Source: Synechocystis sp. PCC 6803 substr. PCC-P (GTDB lineage: Bacteria > Cyanobacteriota > Cyanobacteriia > Cyanobacteriales > Microcystaceae). From it: a stretch of DNA of 32,000 bases. The DNA lies in the NCBI RefSeq assembly GCF_000284455.1, contig NC_017039.1, positions 60,001-92,000 of the forward strand, written 5' to 3'. The notes under the pieces were generated by a model. That model was not told the DNA's origin, did not search any database, and saw only the letters and a program-made list of their open reading frames with translations. A program made the translations under genes and the position numbers. This document shows positions 1 to 9,179 of this stretch, piece by piece; positions within the stretch are counted from its first letter, which is position 1; the number at the start of each line of letters is the position of its first letter.

Positions 1-423
1 CCAGGGACGGATGATTACTGTCCATTATGCCTATCCCAGCTAGGGGCGATCGCCAAGGAGTTGAACTGGGGAGAAGAAACCCTAGAGGGTTTTCGTGAGC
101 ATTATGTGGGGCTTTGGGGAGGGAATTTACGGCCATTGTTTCTCACACCCCAGGCAACCTGGATTATCGAAAATGTGGCCGTATTACCGGAGGCCCGGGG
201 CCAAGGTTTTGGCAAAGCGTTACTAAGGGCTTTATTGGCCAAAGGGCGATCACAGGGCCATGAATTTGCTGGCATTATGGTAATCAATGGCAATGACAGA
301 GCCCGCCATACCTATGAATCTGTGGGGTTTAAACCTTACCAAACCTTTTACAAAGATTATTTCTGGGAACAATTTAAGATTGATTTTCCCGGTGTTACCA
401 AGTTTGGTATGCGTCTCAACTAA
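1..423 (+). CDS. GNAT-family N-acetyltransferase, 5' end outside the window
   Basis: The frame is open from nt 1, with no stop before the track's TTG at 61, so the gene probably begins upstream of the window. It has an acetyl-CoA-binding motif-A-like segment, VAVLPEARGQGFGKALLRALL. Stop is TAA at 421-423. Confidence 0.8.
   Translation, partial: PGTDDYCPLCLSQLGAIAKELNWGEETLEGFREHYVGLWGGNLRPLFLTPQATWIIENVAVLPEARGQGFGKALLRALLAKGRSQGHEFAGIMVINGNDRARHTYESVGFKPYQTFYKDYFWEQFKIDFPGVTKFGMRLN
46..53. repeat. HIP1 octamer GCGATCGC (representative copy; about 31 perfect copies counted by eye across the window)
   Basis: Exact palindrome GCGATCGC. Other copies were read at about 744, 2509, 2878, 3118, 3364, 6800, 7081, 7690, 8590, 9160, 9801, 12910, 14395, 14565, 15472, 17109, 17939, 18486, 18760, 19565, 21760, 22705, 23115, 24555, 25832, 26316, 26527, 28158, 30284 and 30841. 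Coordinates are approximate unless used elsewhere in this report. Confidence 0.9.
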
Positions 424-523
424 AAAAGATAACTACCATGTTTGACAAGGGGTGAAACTGGCTGGCTTTAATCATTGGTAATCGGTGGTTGGACTATGAT
501 CAATTCACCCACACTTTTTCACT

Positions 524-1522
524 GTGTCCCCCATGGAATTAACCCCTGAAACCAAGGCCGCTGTGGTTACCCAAGGTTTGACCAAACGTTTCGATCGCCA
601 GGGGGCGGTGACCAATGTGGATTTAAGCATTGCGGAGGGTGCCGTGTACGGTCTGATGGGTCCCAATGGGGCGGGGAAGACTACCCTAATCCGTATGTTG
701 GCCACTGCGGAAGAACCCACCAAGGGGGAAATTTATTTATTTGGCGATCGCCTGGTAGCGGGGGCAGACAATTTACGCATCAAACAATATTTGGGCTATT
801 TGCCGGACGATTATCCCCTCTATGAAGACTTGAACGTTTGGGATTATCTCGATTACTTTGCCCGGTTATATCATTTGAAAAATCCTGGCCGTCGCCACCG
901 CATCCAGGAAGTGTTGGAGCTAGTGCAACTAACCAGTAAGCGCCACAGCCGCATTAACAGTCTTTCCCGGGGGATGAAACAACGGTTAAGTTTGGCCCGC
1001 ACCATTATCCATGAGCCCATTTTACTCCTGCTGGATGAGCCGGTTTCCGGGCTGGATCCCCTCGCTCGGCAACAATTTCGTGACATTATTCGGGTGTTGC
1101 AGGCCGCTGGCATGACCATTCTGATTTCCTCCCATGTGCTCAGTGACCTGGCTGAACTCTGCACGGCGATCGGGGTGATGGAACTAGGTTGTTTGGTGGA
1201 AAGTACCACTTTGGCAGATTTATATAACCGGCTGGGGCAGCGCACTATCTCCATCTTCCTATTGGAGGGAGTAGAGCAATTGCAGGATTGCCTGAAGAAT
1301 CAACCCGGTGTGGAGGATTGGCAGATAAACTATGACCAGGGAGATCAGCCAAATTCCGCCCCAGGTACCCACTGCTCTGTGATTTTTTCTGGTTCCCCGG
1401 AAGACAGCGCCAACCTGCTCAGAAATTTGATCTATGCTGGTTGTCGAGTCAGTCAATTCCATTGTCAACAGGAGGATTTAGAAAGTATTTTCCTCAAACT
1501 AGGACATCAACAGGTTTCTTGA
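524..1522 (+). CDS. ABC transporter ATP-binding protein (ABC-2/NatA-like, with C-terminal extension)
   Basis: Motifs present: Walker A GPNGAGKTT, ABC signature LSRGMKQRLSLA, Walker B LLLLDEPVSGLD, H-loop SSHVL. About 100 aa extend beyond the ATPase core. Start is GTG 524 or ATG 533. Stop is TGA at 1520-1522. Confidence 0.93.
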   Translation: MSPMELTPETKAAVVTQGLTKRFDRQGAVTNVDLSIAEGAVYGLMGPNGAGKTTLIRMLATAEEPTKGEIYLFGDRLVAGADNLRIKQYLGYLPDDYPLYEDLNVWDYLDYFARLYHLKNPGRRHRIQEVLELVQLTSKRHSRINSLSRGMKQRLSLARTIIHEPILLLLDEPVSGLDPLARQQFRDIIRVLQAAGMTILISSHVLSDLAELCTAIGVMELGCLVESTTLADLYNRLGQRTISIFLLEGVEQLQDCLKNQPGVEDWQINYDQGDQPNSAPGTHCSVIFSGSPEDSANLLRNLIYAGCRVSQFHCQQEDLESIFLKLGHQQVS

Positions 1523-1833
1523 CAGTATCAACGGCTGTTCTGCCCTGGTTAAGACTGATAATTTAACTATTTTCTTCTCAAATTACCGTTAATTTATTCA
1601 TCACTAAATCTCTCTCTGTCTAGTTGATTTATTTTCCATTTATCTGAGATTTATTTGACAACTGAAAGCTGTTTCCAATCAGAATTATTTGCTTAATTAA
1701 GAAGCTGATTGAAATTACTTACCCTCACTGCTATCGGTGCTTTACTGAGCAAATGGGGGATTAATTAGGATTTGACTAACAACTGATTGACTTAATTTTT
1801 TGCTTTTTCCTGCCCCACTTCGCCGTCACTGCC
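1523..1833 (+). other. 311-bp AT-rich spacer between the ABC ATPase and its presumed permease; possible internal promoter or operator
   Basis: No credible ORF. The 9-nt direct repeat GATTTATTT occurs at 1626-1634 and 1648-1656, a 22-nt period. The second copy overlaps a consensus -35 hexamer, TTGACA, at 1655-1660. The only -10 candidate is a weak CAGAAT at 1680-1685 with a 19-nt spacer. Confidence 0.3.
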
Positions 1834-3591
1834 ATGATTAATTTTTTCTCTACCCATATCGATCGCCTGGGGGATTGGTATCCCCAACTGTACCGGGAAC
1901 TCAAAAGCCGTTTCACTGCTACTAAGGTCCGTTGGTTGCTGTTGGTTAGCGTAATTTTCCAGGGTGTGATGGTATTTTTTCGCACCGGAGAAATTCCCGT
2001 ACTGTATCCCCTCAACCCCGCTGGCGAGCAATTTAGTCGCTACTGTCTGGGCACCCCACCGGATTGGGAATATAGCCGAGGCATTTTTGTTTGCACCCAG
2101 GATTTATTGGGACAACTACAAATTAATTGGCGGCTTTGGTGGCTGGATGGCTTCGCTTTTTTGAGCTTGGCCGGGCTGGCTTTATTGCTGGTGGCGGGGG
2201 TTTATTTGCTGGTGGCCGATTTACAAAAGGAATGTCAACGGGGCACTTTAAATTTTATTCGCCTTAGTCCCCAGGGCGAGGGCAATTTCATCTGGGGCAA
2301 AATGCTGGGGGTGCCTAGTTTGCTGTATGGATTTTTGCTCACCCTTTTGCCTCTCCATATAGTCGCCGCTGGGGGGGCGGGCATTTCCTTGCTTCTATTG
2401 GCGGGTTACTACGCGGTGGTGCTGGCTGGAGCAACCTTCTTTTTCCACATTGCCCTCTGGATTGGTTTAAGCAGTAATGCAAAAAGTTATTCCCTTTCTA
2501 AAAGCGCGGCGATCGCCGGTTTGTGTGGGGTGGGGACGCTGATTGCAACGACCTTAATTATGCAAGACAACGACTGGGAGCCATTTTTCCTGTCTTGGTT
2601 GTCTCTGTTTTACCCCGGTAAAGCCCTAATTTATTTAGTCCGCTCCACCTTTTTGCCCATAACCACCGTTGGTTACCTCGGCCCCAATGAACTAGACCAA
2701 TTGCGCTGGTATGGTTGGGATTTATTTCGGTCGGCTCCCCTGGGTATGGGGTTTATGGTGGCTAATTTCGCCGTGGGGACCTATTGGATTGCCCAAGTAT
2801 TACGCCGTCGCTTCCGTCGTCCCCTCAGCACTGCCTGGAGCAAAGTTCAAAGCGTGGGGGTAACCCTGTCCCTAGTGGCGATCGCCAATGGCTTTTTACT
2901 GCAGAGCTACGTAAAAGGTGATTATCTGGATTCACTGTTGTTGAACCTGGCCAGTTGGCAATTGACCCTTTGTTGCTTCTTTTTGGGTTTGACCCTGGCC
3001 CTGTGCCCCCAAATTAACTATTTACGGGATTGGAGTCGCTATCGCCACGAAGCCCCCCGGCAGTACCGCACCTGGAGCTGGCAAAATCTAGTTGCTGACC
3101 ATAGTCCTCCCCAAGGGGCGATCGCCATTAATCTTTGCTGCACCGCCCTTTTAACCTTGCCCATGGTGTTATTGTTGCCCTGGCTAGCACCAGCACCGGC
3201 GGGGTTTCCCATTCCCCTCGGCGGCATAGTGGTGGCCTTGACCATGGGTTTGTTGTGGAATTTTACTTTTGCTACCTTGGTCCAGTGGAGTCTGCTGCGG
3301 ATGCGTTTTCCCCGTCTCCTGGTATTAATTTTGTCTGTGGTGGTGATGGTGGTTCTTCCCTTGGCGATCGCCATCGGCGCGGGAATTAAGGAAAGCACCG
3401 TGATGTGGTTTAGTCCGCTGCCGTCCATTGCCCTGGTGGAAGGAATTAGCTTTCAAACGCCCCTCTTTTTTCTAACGATTCTCACCCAAACAGTGGTAAT
3501 TGCGGCCAGCACCTGGCAGTTTAATCGCTACGTTCAACGTCTCGGGCGATCGGAAAGCCAGCAATATCTTGCCCCGGTTCAGCCAGAGTGA
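1834..3591 (+). CDS. Large polytopic membrane protein, ABC-2-type permease-like
   Basis: ATG at 1834, 585 aa, many hydrophobic helices. The segment ECQRGTLNFIRLSPQGEGNFIWGKMLG resembles the E-x-GTLE...SP...GK motif of ABC-2/NatB-type permeases. It is on the same strand as the ABC ATPase and downstream of it. Confidence 0.65.
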   Translation: MINFFSTHIDRLGDWYPQLYRELKSRFTATKVRWLLLVSVIFQGVMVFFRTGEIPVLYPLNPAGEQFSRYCLGTPPDWEYSRGIFVCTQDLLGQLQINWRLWWLDGFAFLSLAGLALLLVAGVYLLVADLQKECQRGTLNFIRLSPQGEGNFIWGKMLGVPSLLYGFLLTLLPLHIVAAGGAGISLLLLAGYYAVVLAGATFFFHIALWIGLSSNAKSYSLSKSAAIAGLCGVGTLIATTLIMQDNDWEPFFLSWLSLFYPGKALIYLVRSTFLPITTVGYLGPNELDQLRWYGWDLFRSAPLGMGFMVANFAVGTYWIAQVLRRRFRRPLSTAWSKVQSVGVTLSLVAIANGFLLQSYVKGDYLDSLLLNLASWQLTLCCFFLGLTLALCPQINYLRDWSRYRHEAPRQYRTWSWQNLVADHSPPQGAIAINLCCTALLTLPMVLLLPWLAPAPAGFPIPLGGIVVALTMGLLWNFTFATLVQWSLLRMRFPRLLVLILSVVVMVVLPLAIAIGAGIKESTVMWFSPLPSIALVEGISFQTPLFFLTILTQTVVIAASTWQFNRYVQRLGRSESQQYLAPVQPE

Positions 3592-3632
3592 GAAATGGCA
3601 AATTCCCTATCCCCGCATTTTCCGCCATCACC

Positions 3633-4361
3633 ATGACCACACCCCTTGAAAAAAAGTCAACCATTGAAGACATCCGTTCCCGTTTTGATAAAGATGTGGC
3701 CCGTTTTTCTTCCCTCGAAACTGGCCAGGCGACAACCATTGATGCTCCCCTAGCGATGTCCCTAATTACCGAGGCGGCTATCTCCTGCACTAAGAATATT
3801 CGCCACGTACTAGATATTGGCTGTGGTGCTGGTAACAACACCCTTCGATTGCGTCAATCTGCCAACTATGATTTCAATGTTGACCTACTTGATCTAAGCG
3901 CACCCATGCTGATGAAAGCGGCGGAACGGGTCCAGCAATTAAATAGGGGTTTAGTCCGTACCATACAGGGGGATTTTCGCTCAGTAAGCCTGCCAAACTC
4001 CACCTACGATGTGCTCATTGCAGCGGCCGTGTTGCACCATTTACGGGATGACGAAGACTGGCGACAAGCTTTTCAGAAAATTTACAATTTACTTGCCCCC
4101 GGTGGTAGCGTTTGGATCACCGATTTAGTTTCCCATGAGCAACCCGCCGTCCAAGCAATGATGTGGGACCGGTACGGCGACTATTTGGTCTCCCTTGGTG
4201 GTGCGGAATATCGGGACAAGGTGTTCGGCTACATTGACCGTGAAGATTCTCCCCGACCCGTTACTTACCAGCTTGATTTGCTCCGTTCCGTTGGCTTTGA
4301 TGCGGTTGATCTTCTGCATAAAAACTCTTGCTTTGCTGCATTTGGTGCGGTGAAGCATTGA
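3633..4361 (+). CDS. Class I SAM-dependent methyltransferase
   Basis: Motif I is VLDIGCGAGNNT, post-I is LLDLS, and a later motif is LAPGGSVWITD. ATG 3633 is preferred. The alternative GTG 3588 overlaps the upstream stop (GTGA). Confidence 0.85.
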   Translation: MTTPLEKKSTIEDIRSRFDKDVARFSSLETGQATTIDAPLAMSLITEAAISCTKNIRHVLDIGCGAGNNTLRLRQSANYDFNVDLLDLSAPMLMKAAERVQQLNRGLVRTIQGDFRSVSLPNSTYDVLIAAAVLHHLRDDEDWRQAFQKIYNLLAPGGSVWITDLVSHEQPAVQAMMWDRYGDYLVSLGGAEYRDKVFGYIDREDSPRPVTYQLDLLRSVGFDAVDLLHKNSCFAAFGAVKH

Positions 4362-4392
4362 TAAATTTATTTCATCAAAAGAATCAATTAAT

Positions 4393-4914
4393 ATGCAAAC
4401 AAAAAATTATTTCGAGCTAATGGCCCAATACAACCAATGGGTCAATGGGAAAATTTATGGGGTCTGTGCCGAAATTCCCGATGGTATGCGAAAAAAAGAT
4501 TTAGGTGCTTTTTTTAAATCAATCCATGGAACCTTAAATCATATTTTGTATGGAGACAAAGCATGGCTGGGCAGATTTACAGAACAATCTTTGACATCAA
4601 AAAGTATTGGCCAGGAACTTTACCAAGACTTTGAAGCGCTATGGGCCGAGAGAAGGGCAATGGACCAAGAAATTTTACACTGGTCCCAGAACTTATCATC
4701 CCCATGGTTAGAAGCTCCTTTTGAATACACCAGCAACATAGACAACAAAACTCGCATCATGCCCACCTGGGTGCTGGTCACCCATATGTTTAATCATCAA
4801 ACCCACCACCGTGGCCAAGTAACAACCCTGATCAAGCAACTTGGCTATGAACCTGGCATAGTGGACTTACCTTGGTTACCTGACCTTGAGCTAAACACTG
4901 GTAATGGGCTCTAA
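4393..4914 (+). CDS. DinB-family protein
   Basis: N-terminal YNQWVN, plus histidine-containing helices SIHGTLNHIL and HMFNHQTHHRGQV, typical of the DinB/YfiT four-helix-bundle family. ATG at 4393. Lower GC than its neighbours. Confidence 0.85.
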   Translation: MQTKNYFELMAQYNQWVNGKIYGVCAEIPDGMRKKDLGAFFKSIHGTLNHILYGDKAWLGRFTEQSLTSKSIGQELYQDFEALWAERRAMDQEILHWSQNLSSPWLEAPFEYTSNIDNKTRIMPTWVLVTHMFNHQTHHRGQVTTLIKQLGYEPGIVDLPWLPDLELNTGNGL

Positions 4915-4986
4915 TCGATAGCGACAAGTACTAGGCTGAAAGGTACTTTTTCTGGCATTAAATTAATTGGGGGCACAGCTCACGAA

Positions 4987-5748
4987 ATGAATCAGGAAAA
5001 ATTATTGGCCCTGATGATGGATTTGCACCAGGATGGAGCACGCCAAGGGCCAGGAAGCGAAACCGAAACTCTACGAGCCCTCGAACTAACTCGAATTGAT
5101 CCGTTGGCAAAACTTCAGGTCGCTGACATCGGTTGTGGTACTGGAGCATCGACTTTGGTTTTAGCAAGTAAACTGCAAAATGCACAAATTACTGCCATTG
5201 ATATTTTTCCAGAATTTCTTGATGTTTTGTCCACAAGAGCAAAGGTAATGGGTTACTCCGAAAAAATCGAGACACTTACAGAATCAATGGACAAACTTTC
5301 GTTTGCAGATGAATCGTTGGACCTCATCTGGTCTGAGGGAGCGATCTATAATTTAGGCTTTGCTCAGGGGATTGAGTGCTGGAAGCCCATGCTAAAAACG
5401 GGTGGTGTGCTTGCGGTTTCAGAAATCACCTGGCTGAATCCCCTTCCCCCGGAGGAAATTAGACAACACTGGAACACGGAATACCCCGAAATCGCCACTG
5501 CTTCTGAGAAAATTGCAATTCTTGAGCACGGAGGCTACGACCTAATTGGATATTTCATTCTTCCATCAACAAACTGGCTAGACAGTTACTATACGCCAGT
5601 TGAAGAGCGAATACATGACTTCCTTAAGCGCCATAGGGGAGACCTAGAAGCAGAGGAACTAATAAAAATGGAACGCCGAGAAATGGATCTATACAGCCGA
5701 TTTAAAAATTGGTTCAGTTATGGGTTTTATGTGGCCCGCAAACGATGA
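4987..5748 (+). CDS. Class I SAM-dependent methyltransferase (second, unrelated paralog)
   Basis: Motif I is VADIGCGTGASTLVLA, followed by ITAIDIFPEF and LKTGGVLAVSE. ATG at 4987. Confidence 0.85.
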   Translation: MNQEKLLALMMDLHQDGARQGPGSETETLRALELTRIDPLAKLQVADIGCGTGASTLVLASKLQNAQITAIDIFPEFLDVLSTRAKVMGYSEKIETLTESMDKLSFADESLDLIWSEGAIYNLGFAQGIECWKPMLKTGGVLAVSEITWLNPLPPEEIRQHWNTEYPEIATASEKIAILEHGGYDLIGYFILPSTNWLDSYYTPVEERIHDFLKRHRGDLEAEELIKMERREMDLYSRFKNWFSYGFYVARKR

Positions 5749-5826
5749 GTTATGGCGACAGATATGTATGTCATTGATTAGCAAAATTGATTACAATGCT
5801 AAAAAAATAAACAGGACGTGCTGGAT

Positions 5827-7533
5827 TTATTTTAGTTGAAATTGGTCAAATAAAACTATATTGTTATTATCTGCACTGCTGTCAAAATAGTAGCTTTTGA
5901 TCACTGCATTATCTTCATCGGTTTCCAGTACACTAAAAACAGTAATTTTATTGCTGGCAATGTAGGGTAATGGTTTGCCATCGGAATTGAGCAAAGGCGC
6001 AATGGTGGGAGTAATGGGCGATAAGCCATTGGGATTGCCCACGGGGAAGTCGTTGTTAGGATCAATAAAATCCGGTAGGGAGCGGGGATTATCAGCTAAA
6101 TGGGCGCCATAACTGTTACCGACATTGGATGTTTCTAAAAAGTGCATTCCTCCAGGACTAACAAAACGATTCCAAAGATGGGAATGGCCATAAAAAACTA
6201 GCTGAACTCCGGCATTTTCTAGTAGGGGAATTAGGTGCTTAATAATCTGATCTTCCCCCTTGGGGTAATGGTAACGGCGATGCACCATAACACCATCAGG
6301 GGTGTATTCTTCGTAGGCCTGGGGATCGGTATAGGGCGGAGTAACATTACCTCCTAAACTATGGGGAGGATGGTGGAACATCACAATTTTGTACCGAGCT
6401 TGGCGGAATTCTTCCCCAGCCAATTCCTGCTTCAGCCATTCATACTGCCTGCTACCGGGGGTAATGGGTTCAAAAATATGCTGACCATGGCCCCAATTTT
6501 CCGGTTTATGTAACTGCTGACTGCTTTCTTGGTAACGCCCTGCAGTGCTTGAATCCTGTTGCGGCGTGCGCGAAGCGTGCCCTGGGCAACGCCAAACATT
6601 GGTGACCATTAAGGAAATGAGACGAATATTGCCAAAAGTAACGGCGTAGTACTGTTTTTGTGGAGCTGGGCTGGGGGGTAAGGAAAAAATTTCTTGATAG
6701 GTTTGGAAGTTAAAGGAATTGTTTTCAATCCATTGGGCGGCTTGGTCTGGGTCGTATTCCTGCTCAGCAAAATCCTGCCGCTCAAAGTATTCTTCTTCGG
6801 CGATCGCCTGGGGTCGAGCGTCTTTAAACTGCAAATGCAACGCCTTGCTGGGGGAATTGCGCCCCATTACTTCATGGTTGCCAATGCAGGGAAAGAGGGG
6901 AGTGGATTGTAACACTTGCGCTCCCTGATAGATTTTCCCCCCCAACGTTACTGAAGCCCGCCCCTGCAGCACTGGAAAAAAGGATCTACCCCGGCGATCG
7001 TCAAACCATTCCGAAGCCCGATCTGGTACGTTGACCATATCCCCTGCGTGGAACACCCCGTCAAAGTCACCATAAACGGCGATCGCCTGTTGGATATTGG
7101 CCGCCACCATGGGCATTAACTGATGGTCGGAGGTGAGCAAAATTTTTAAGGGCTGGTCTGGAGGGGGACTAGGTTGCAGGGAAAAAATATCGCTCTGGTG
7201 TATGCGTTGGCTCTCCTGGCTAAAAACTTGATAGGGCAAAGTCTCCCCAGCTCTTAAGCCAGTTATCACCGCTTGATGTCGCCAAATGGGTCGGAGAGAA
7301 AGCTTGTCATAGGTTTGGAAGGTGTAGGACCATTCATCTTCCCTGGTGCGGGTCAACTGTTGAGTGTCGGCCCCGGTGCGATGCTCCAGGTCTTTGCCCC
7401 ACTGCACCCAGTGCTTGTCCCCGGCAAATTCGGTAAACCAAACGACTTCAACGCTGTCAGGGGTGGGAAGTTGTAAAAAAGGATCACTCAACATAACCAG
7501 GAAATGCATTAATAACAAACTAGTGACAATCAT
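5827..7533 (-). CDS. Metallophosphoesterase (calcineurin-like, possibly exported)
   Basis: Motifs GDMVN, GNHE (CIGNHEV), HHPPH and GHSH (YGHSHLW). The hydrophobic N-terminus MIVTSLLLMHFLVML suggests a signal or anchor. ATG at 7533. Confidence 0.85.
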   Translation of the reverse strand: MIVTSLLLMHFLVMLSDPFLQLPTPDSVEVVWFTEFAGDKHWVQWGKDLEHRTGADTQQLTRTREDEWSYTFQTYDKLSLRPIWRHQAVITGLRAGETLPYQVFSQESQRIHQSDIFSLQPSPPPDQPLKILLTSDHQLMPMVAANIQQAIAVYGDFDGVFHAGDMVNVPDRASEWFDDRRGRSFFPVLQGRASVTLGGKIYQGAQVLQSTPLFPCIGNHEVMGRNSPSKALHLQFKDARPQAIAEEEYFERQDFAEQEYDPDQAAQWIENNSFNFQTYQEIFSLPPSPAPQKQYYAVTFGNIRLISLMVTNVWRCPGHASRTPQQDSSTAGRYQESSQQLHKPENWGHGQHIFEPITPGSRQYEWLKQELAGEEFRQARYKIVMFHHPPHSLGGNVTPPYTDPQAYEEYTPDGVMVHRRYHYPKGEDQIIKHLIPLLENAGVQLVFYGHSHLWNRFVSPGGMHFLETSNVGNSYGAHLADNPRSLPDFIDPNNDFPVGNPNGLSPITPTIAPLLNSDGKPLPYIASNKITVFSVLETDEDNAVIKSYYFDSSADNNNIVLFDQFQLK

Positions 7534-7593
7534 CCCCTGCCCTCGGTTTTATTGCTCCGACAATGGCAAAATTAAACCACCCAGACATCCACT

Positions 7594-8361
7594 TTGGCTT
7601 TTGCTGTGACCATTTCCCGCACCATTATCAGCACGAGAATTGACTGCACAGACTATGGACAAGCCACAGCCACCATCATTAATTTAGCTAAAGCGGCGAT
7701 CGCCAGTTATGTGGTAGCGGCCAATGTCCATGTGGTAATGAGTGCCTATGGCAATAAAAGTTATCAAGAAATTATTAATCAAGCTGTGTTGGTCACCCCC
7801 GATGGTATGCCATTGGTGTGGGGATTAAAATTGCTCGGTTACCCGCAGGCCACCAGAGTTTATGGCCCGGATTTGATGCTAACAATTTGTCAGCGGGCCG
7901 CGGCGGAAAACCTTGGTATTTATCTTTATGGTGGCACAGAAGATTGTTTGCAGCAACTTAAAGTTAACCTAATTAAACGGTTTCCTAAACTGAAGATTGT
8001 TGGCGCTGATTCTCCCCCTTTTCGCCCACTAGAACCTGAGGAAGAAAAAAACGCCTTGGCCAAAATTAAGCAGTCCGGCGCTGGTATCCTTTTTGTTGGT
8101 TTAGGTTGTCCTAAGCAGGAAATTTGGATGGCTAATCATTACCAAAAAATAGATCTAGTCATGGTGGGGGTGGGAGCCGCTTTTAATTTCCACAGTGGTT
8201 TGGTGTCTCAAGCTCCCCGTTGGTTAATGGCCATGGGATTGGAATGGCTCTACCGTTTGCGCATGGAACCGAAGCGATTATGGCGCAGATATTTAATTAA
8301 CAACCCCGCTTTTATTGTTCTATTTACTTGGCAATGGTTAACAAATAAAACAACTTTATAA
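7594..8361 (+). CDS. WecB/TagA/CpsF-family glycosyltransferase (GT26)
   Basis: Family motifs VTPDGMPLVWG and GLGCPKQEIW. The start is uncertain: TTG 7594 or GTG 7606. It is only about 60 bp from the divergent metallophosphoesterase start. Confidence 0.85.
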   Translation: MAFAVTISRTIISTRIDCTDYGQATATIINLAKAAIASYVVAANVHVVMSAYGNKSYQEIINQAVLVTPDGMPLVWGLKLLGYPQATRVYGPDLMLTICQRAAAENLGIYLYGGTEDCLQQLKVNLIKRFPKLKIVGADSPPFRPLEPEEEKNALAKIKQSGAGILFVGLGCPKQEIWMANHYQKIDLVMVGVGAAFNFHSGLVSQAPRWLMAMGLEWLYRLRMEPKRLWRRYLINNPAFIVLFTWQWLTNKTTL

Positions 8362-8399
8362 ACTATTTTATCCCTAATGTTTTAGCAGTAAAAAGTAAG

Positions 8400-9059
8400 T
8401 TAATTTGCCACAGGGTCGGTGGGACTCATGCCATAAAAAGGTTGGGCCGCTGACCAGTGGGGTCGATCGCCAAGGAGCCAATGTTGCCAAGCGAGGGTGA
8501 GGAGTTGGGGGGCAGTGATACCGAGCTGATCTGGGGTAGCGTGAATCTGTTTTACCCCTTTATCCGCCATAAGTTGTTGCCAATCCTCCGGTAACCAAAG
8601 GCGATCGCCGTCTAGGGTAATTAGTTTTTCCCCGACTATTTGATAGAGCGCCCCATAAAAATAACCCCTGGTTGCGGGCATAGTGACAGCCAATAATTCG
8701 CCATCGCCACAGGTTTTAACCAAAGATTGGGCAAAACAAGCCAGGGTAGAAATGGTAAATAGGGGAATTTGTAATTGCTGGGCCAAGGTACGGGCGGTGA
8801 CCATGCCAATGCGGACACTGGTAAAGCTACCAGGGCCCTGGGCTACGGCCAGATAATCTAACTCAGACCACTGTTGGCTAGGCAAAAAATCCCCTAAACA
8901 ATTGTGTAATTGATTGAGTAATTCCCGATCCAAGGGCCAAGTTTGCTGGGCCACTGGATTTTCTCCCCGTTGTAGAGCTAAACCTAGCTGGCCGGTGGCG
9001 GTGTGGATGGCCAAGCCCAAACTATGATCGGCCAGGGAAAGGGGAGGAGGTACGGTCAT
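8400..9059 (-). CDS. tsaB: tRNA threonylcarbamoyladenosine (t6A) biosynthesis protein TsaB (YeaZ)
   Basis: Motif GPGSFTSVRIG, followed by ARTLAQQLQIPL. ATG at 9059 is preferred over the track's TTG at 9065. Confidence 0.85.
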   Translation of the reverse strand: MTVPPPLSLADHSLGLAIHTATGQLGLALQRGENPVAQQTWPLDRELLNQLHNCLGDFLPSQQWSELDYLAVAQGPGSFTSVRIGMVTARTLAQQLQIPLFTISTLACFAQSLVKTCGDGELLAVTMPATRGYFYGALYQIVGEKLITLDGDRLWLPEDWQQLMADKGVKQIHATPDQLGITAPQLLTLAWQHWLLGDRPHWSAAQPFYGMSPTDPVAN

Positions 9060-9146
9060 TACCAATAGGTTTAAGTATCGTTGCTTACTGCAACCTTTAG
9101 TTTATCGGGGATAGGATGGGGCAAATGCGCCGCAATTATCTAATTT

Positions 9147-9179
9147 TTTGCCCCAATTTGGCGATCGCCGGGGGGCAAA
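9147..9179. repeat. Nested palindrome TTTGCCCC-N17-GGGGCAAA with a HIP1 (GGCGATCGCC) in the loop
   Basis: An 8-bp stem (9147-9154 pairs with 9172-9179) encloses a 17-nt loop that is itself palindromic around HIP1. GGGGCAAATG is also directly repeated at 9118-9127 and 9172-9181. It lies in the divergent tsaB / SGNH-hydrolase promoter region. Confidence 0.6.

Noticed and set aside
48-60. The 13-nt sequence GATCGCCAAGGAG occurs at 48-60 and again at about 8464-8476.
   Set aside because: It is an extension of a HIP1-like core in two unrelated coding contexts. Only one of the two is a perfect HIP1, and there is no positional logic linking them. It is probably chance given the abundance of HIP1-related sequence.
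871-1254. A 127-aa ORF antisense to the ABC ATPase gene. Similar long antisense or off-frame ORFs occur at 3039-3428, 16755-17108, 24937-25338, 28022-28402 and 30089-30502.
   Set aside because: Each lies entirely inside a strongly motif-supported gene on the other strand or in another frame. Their translations are low-complexity and R/P/G/S/W-rich, as expected from reading GC-biased coding DNA out of frame. None has a recognisable motif or start context.
5773-5793. The direct repeat ATTGATTA occurs twice (5773-5780 and 5786-5793) in the convergent gap between the second methyltransferase and the metallophosphoesterase.
   Set aside because: This is a short AT-rich 8-mer in AT-rich DNA between two gene 3' ends. 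No hairpin or terminator structure is associated with it, so it is likely chance.
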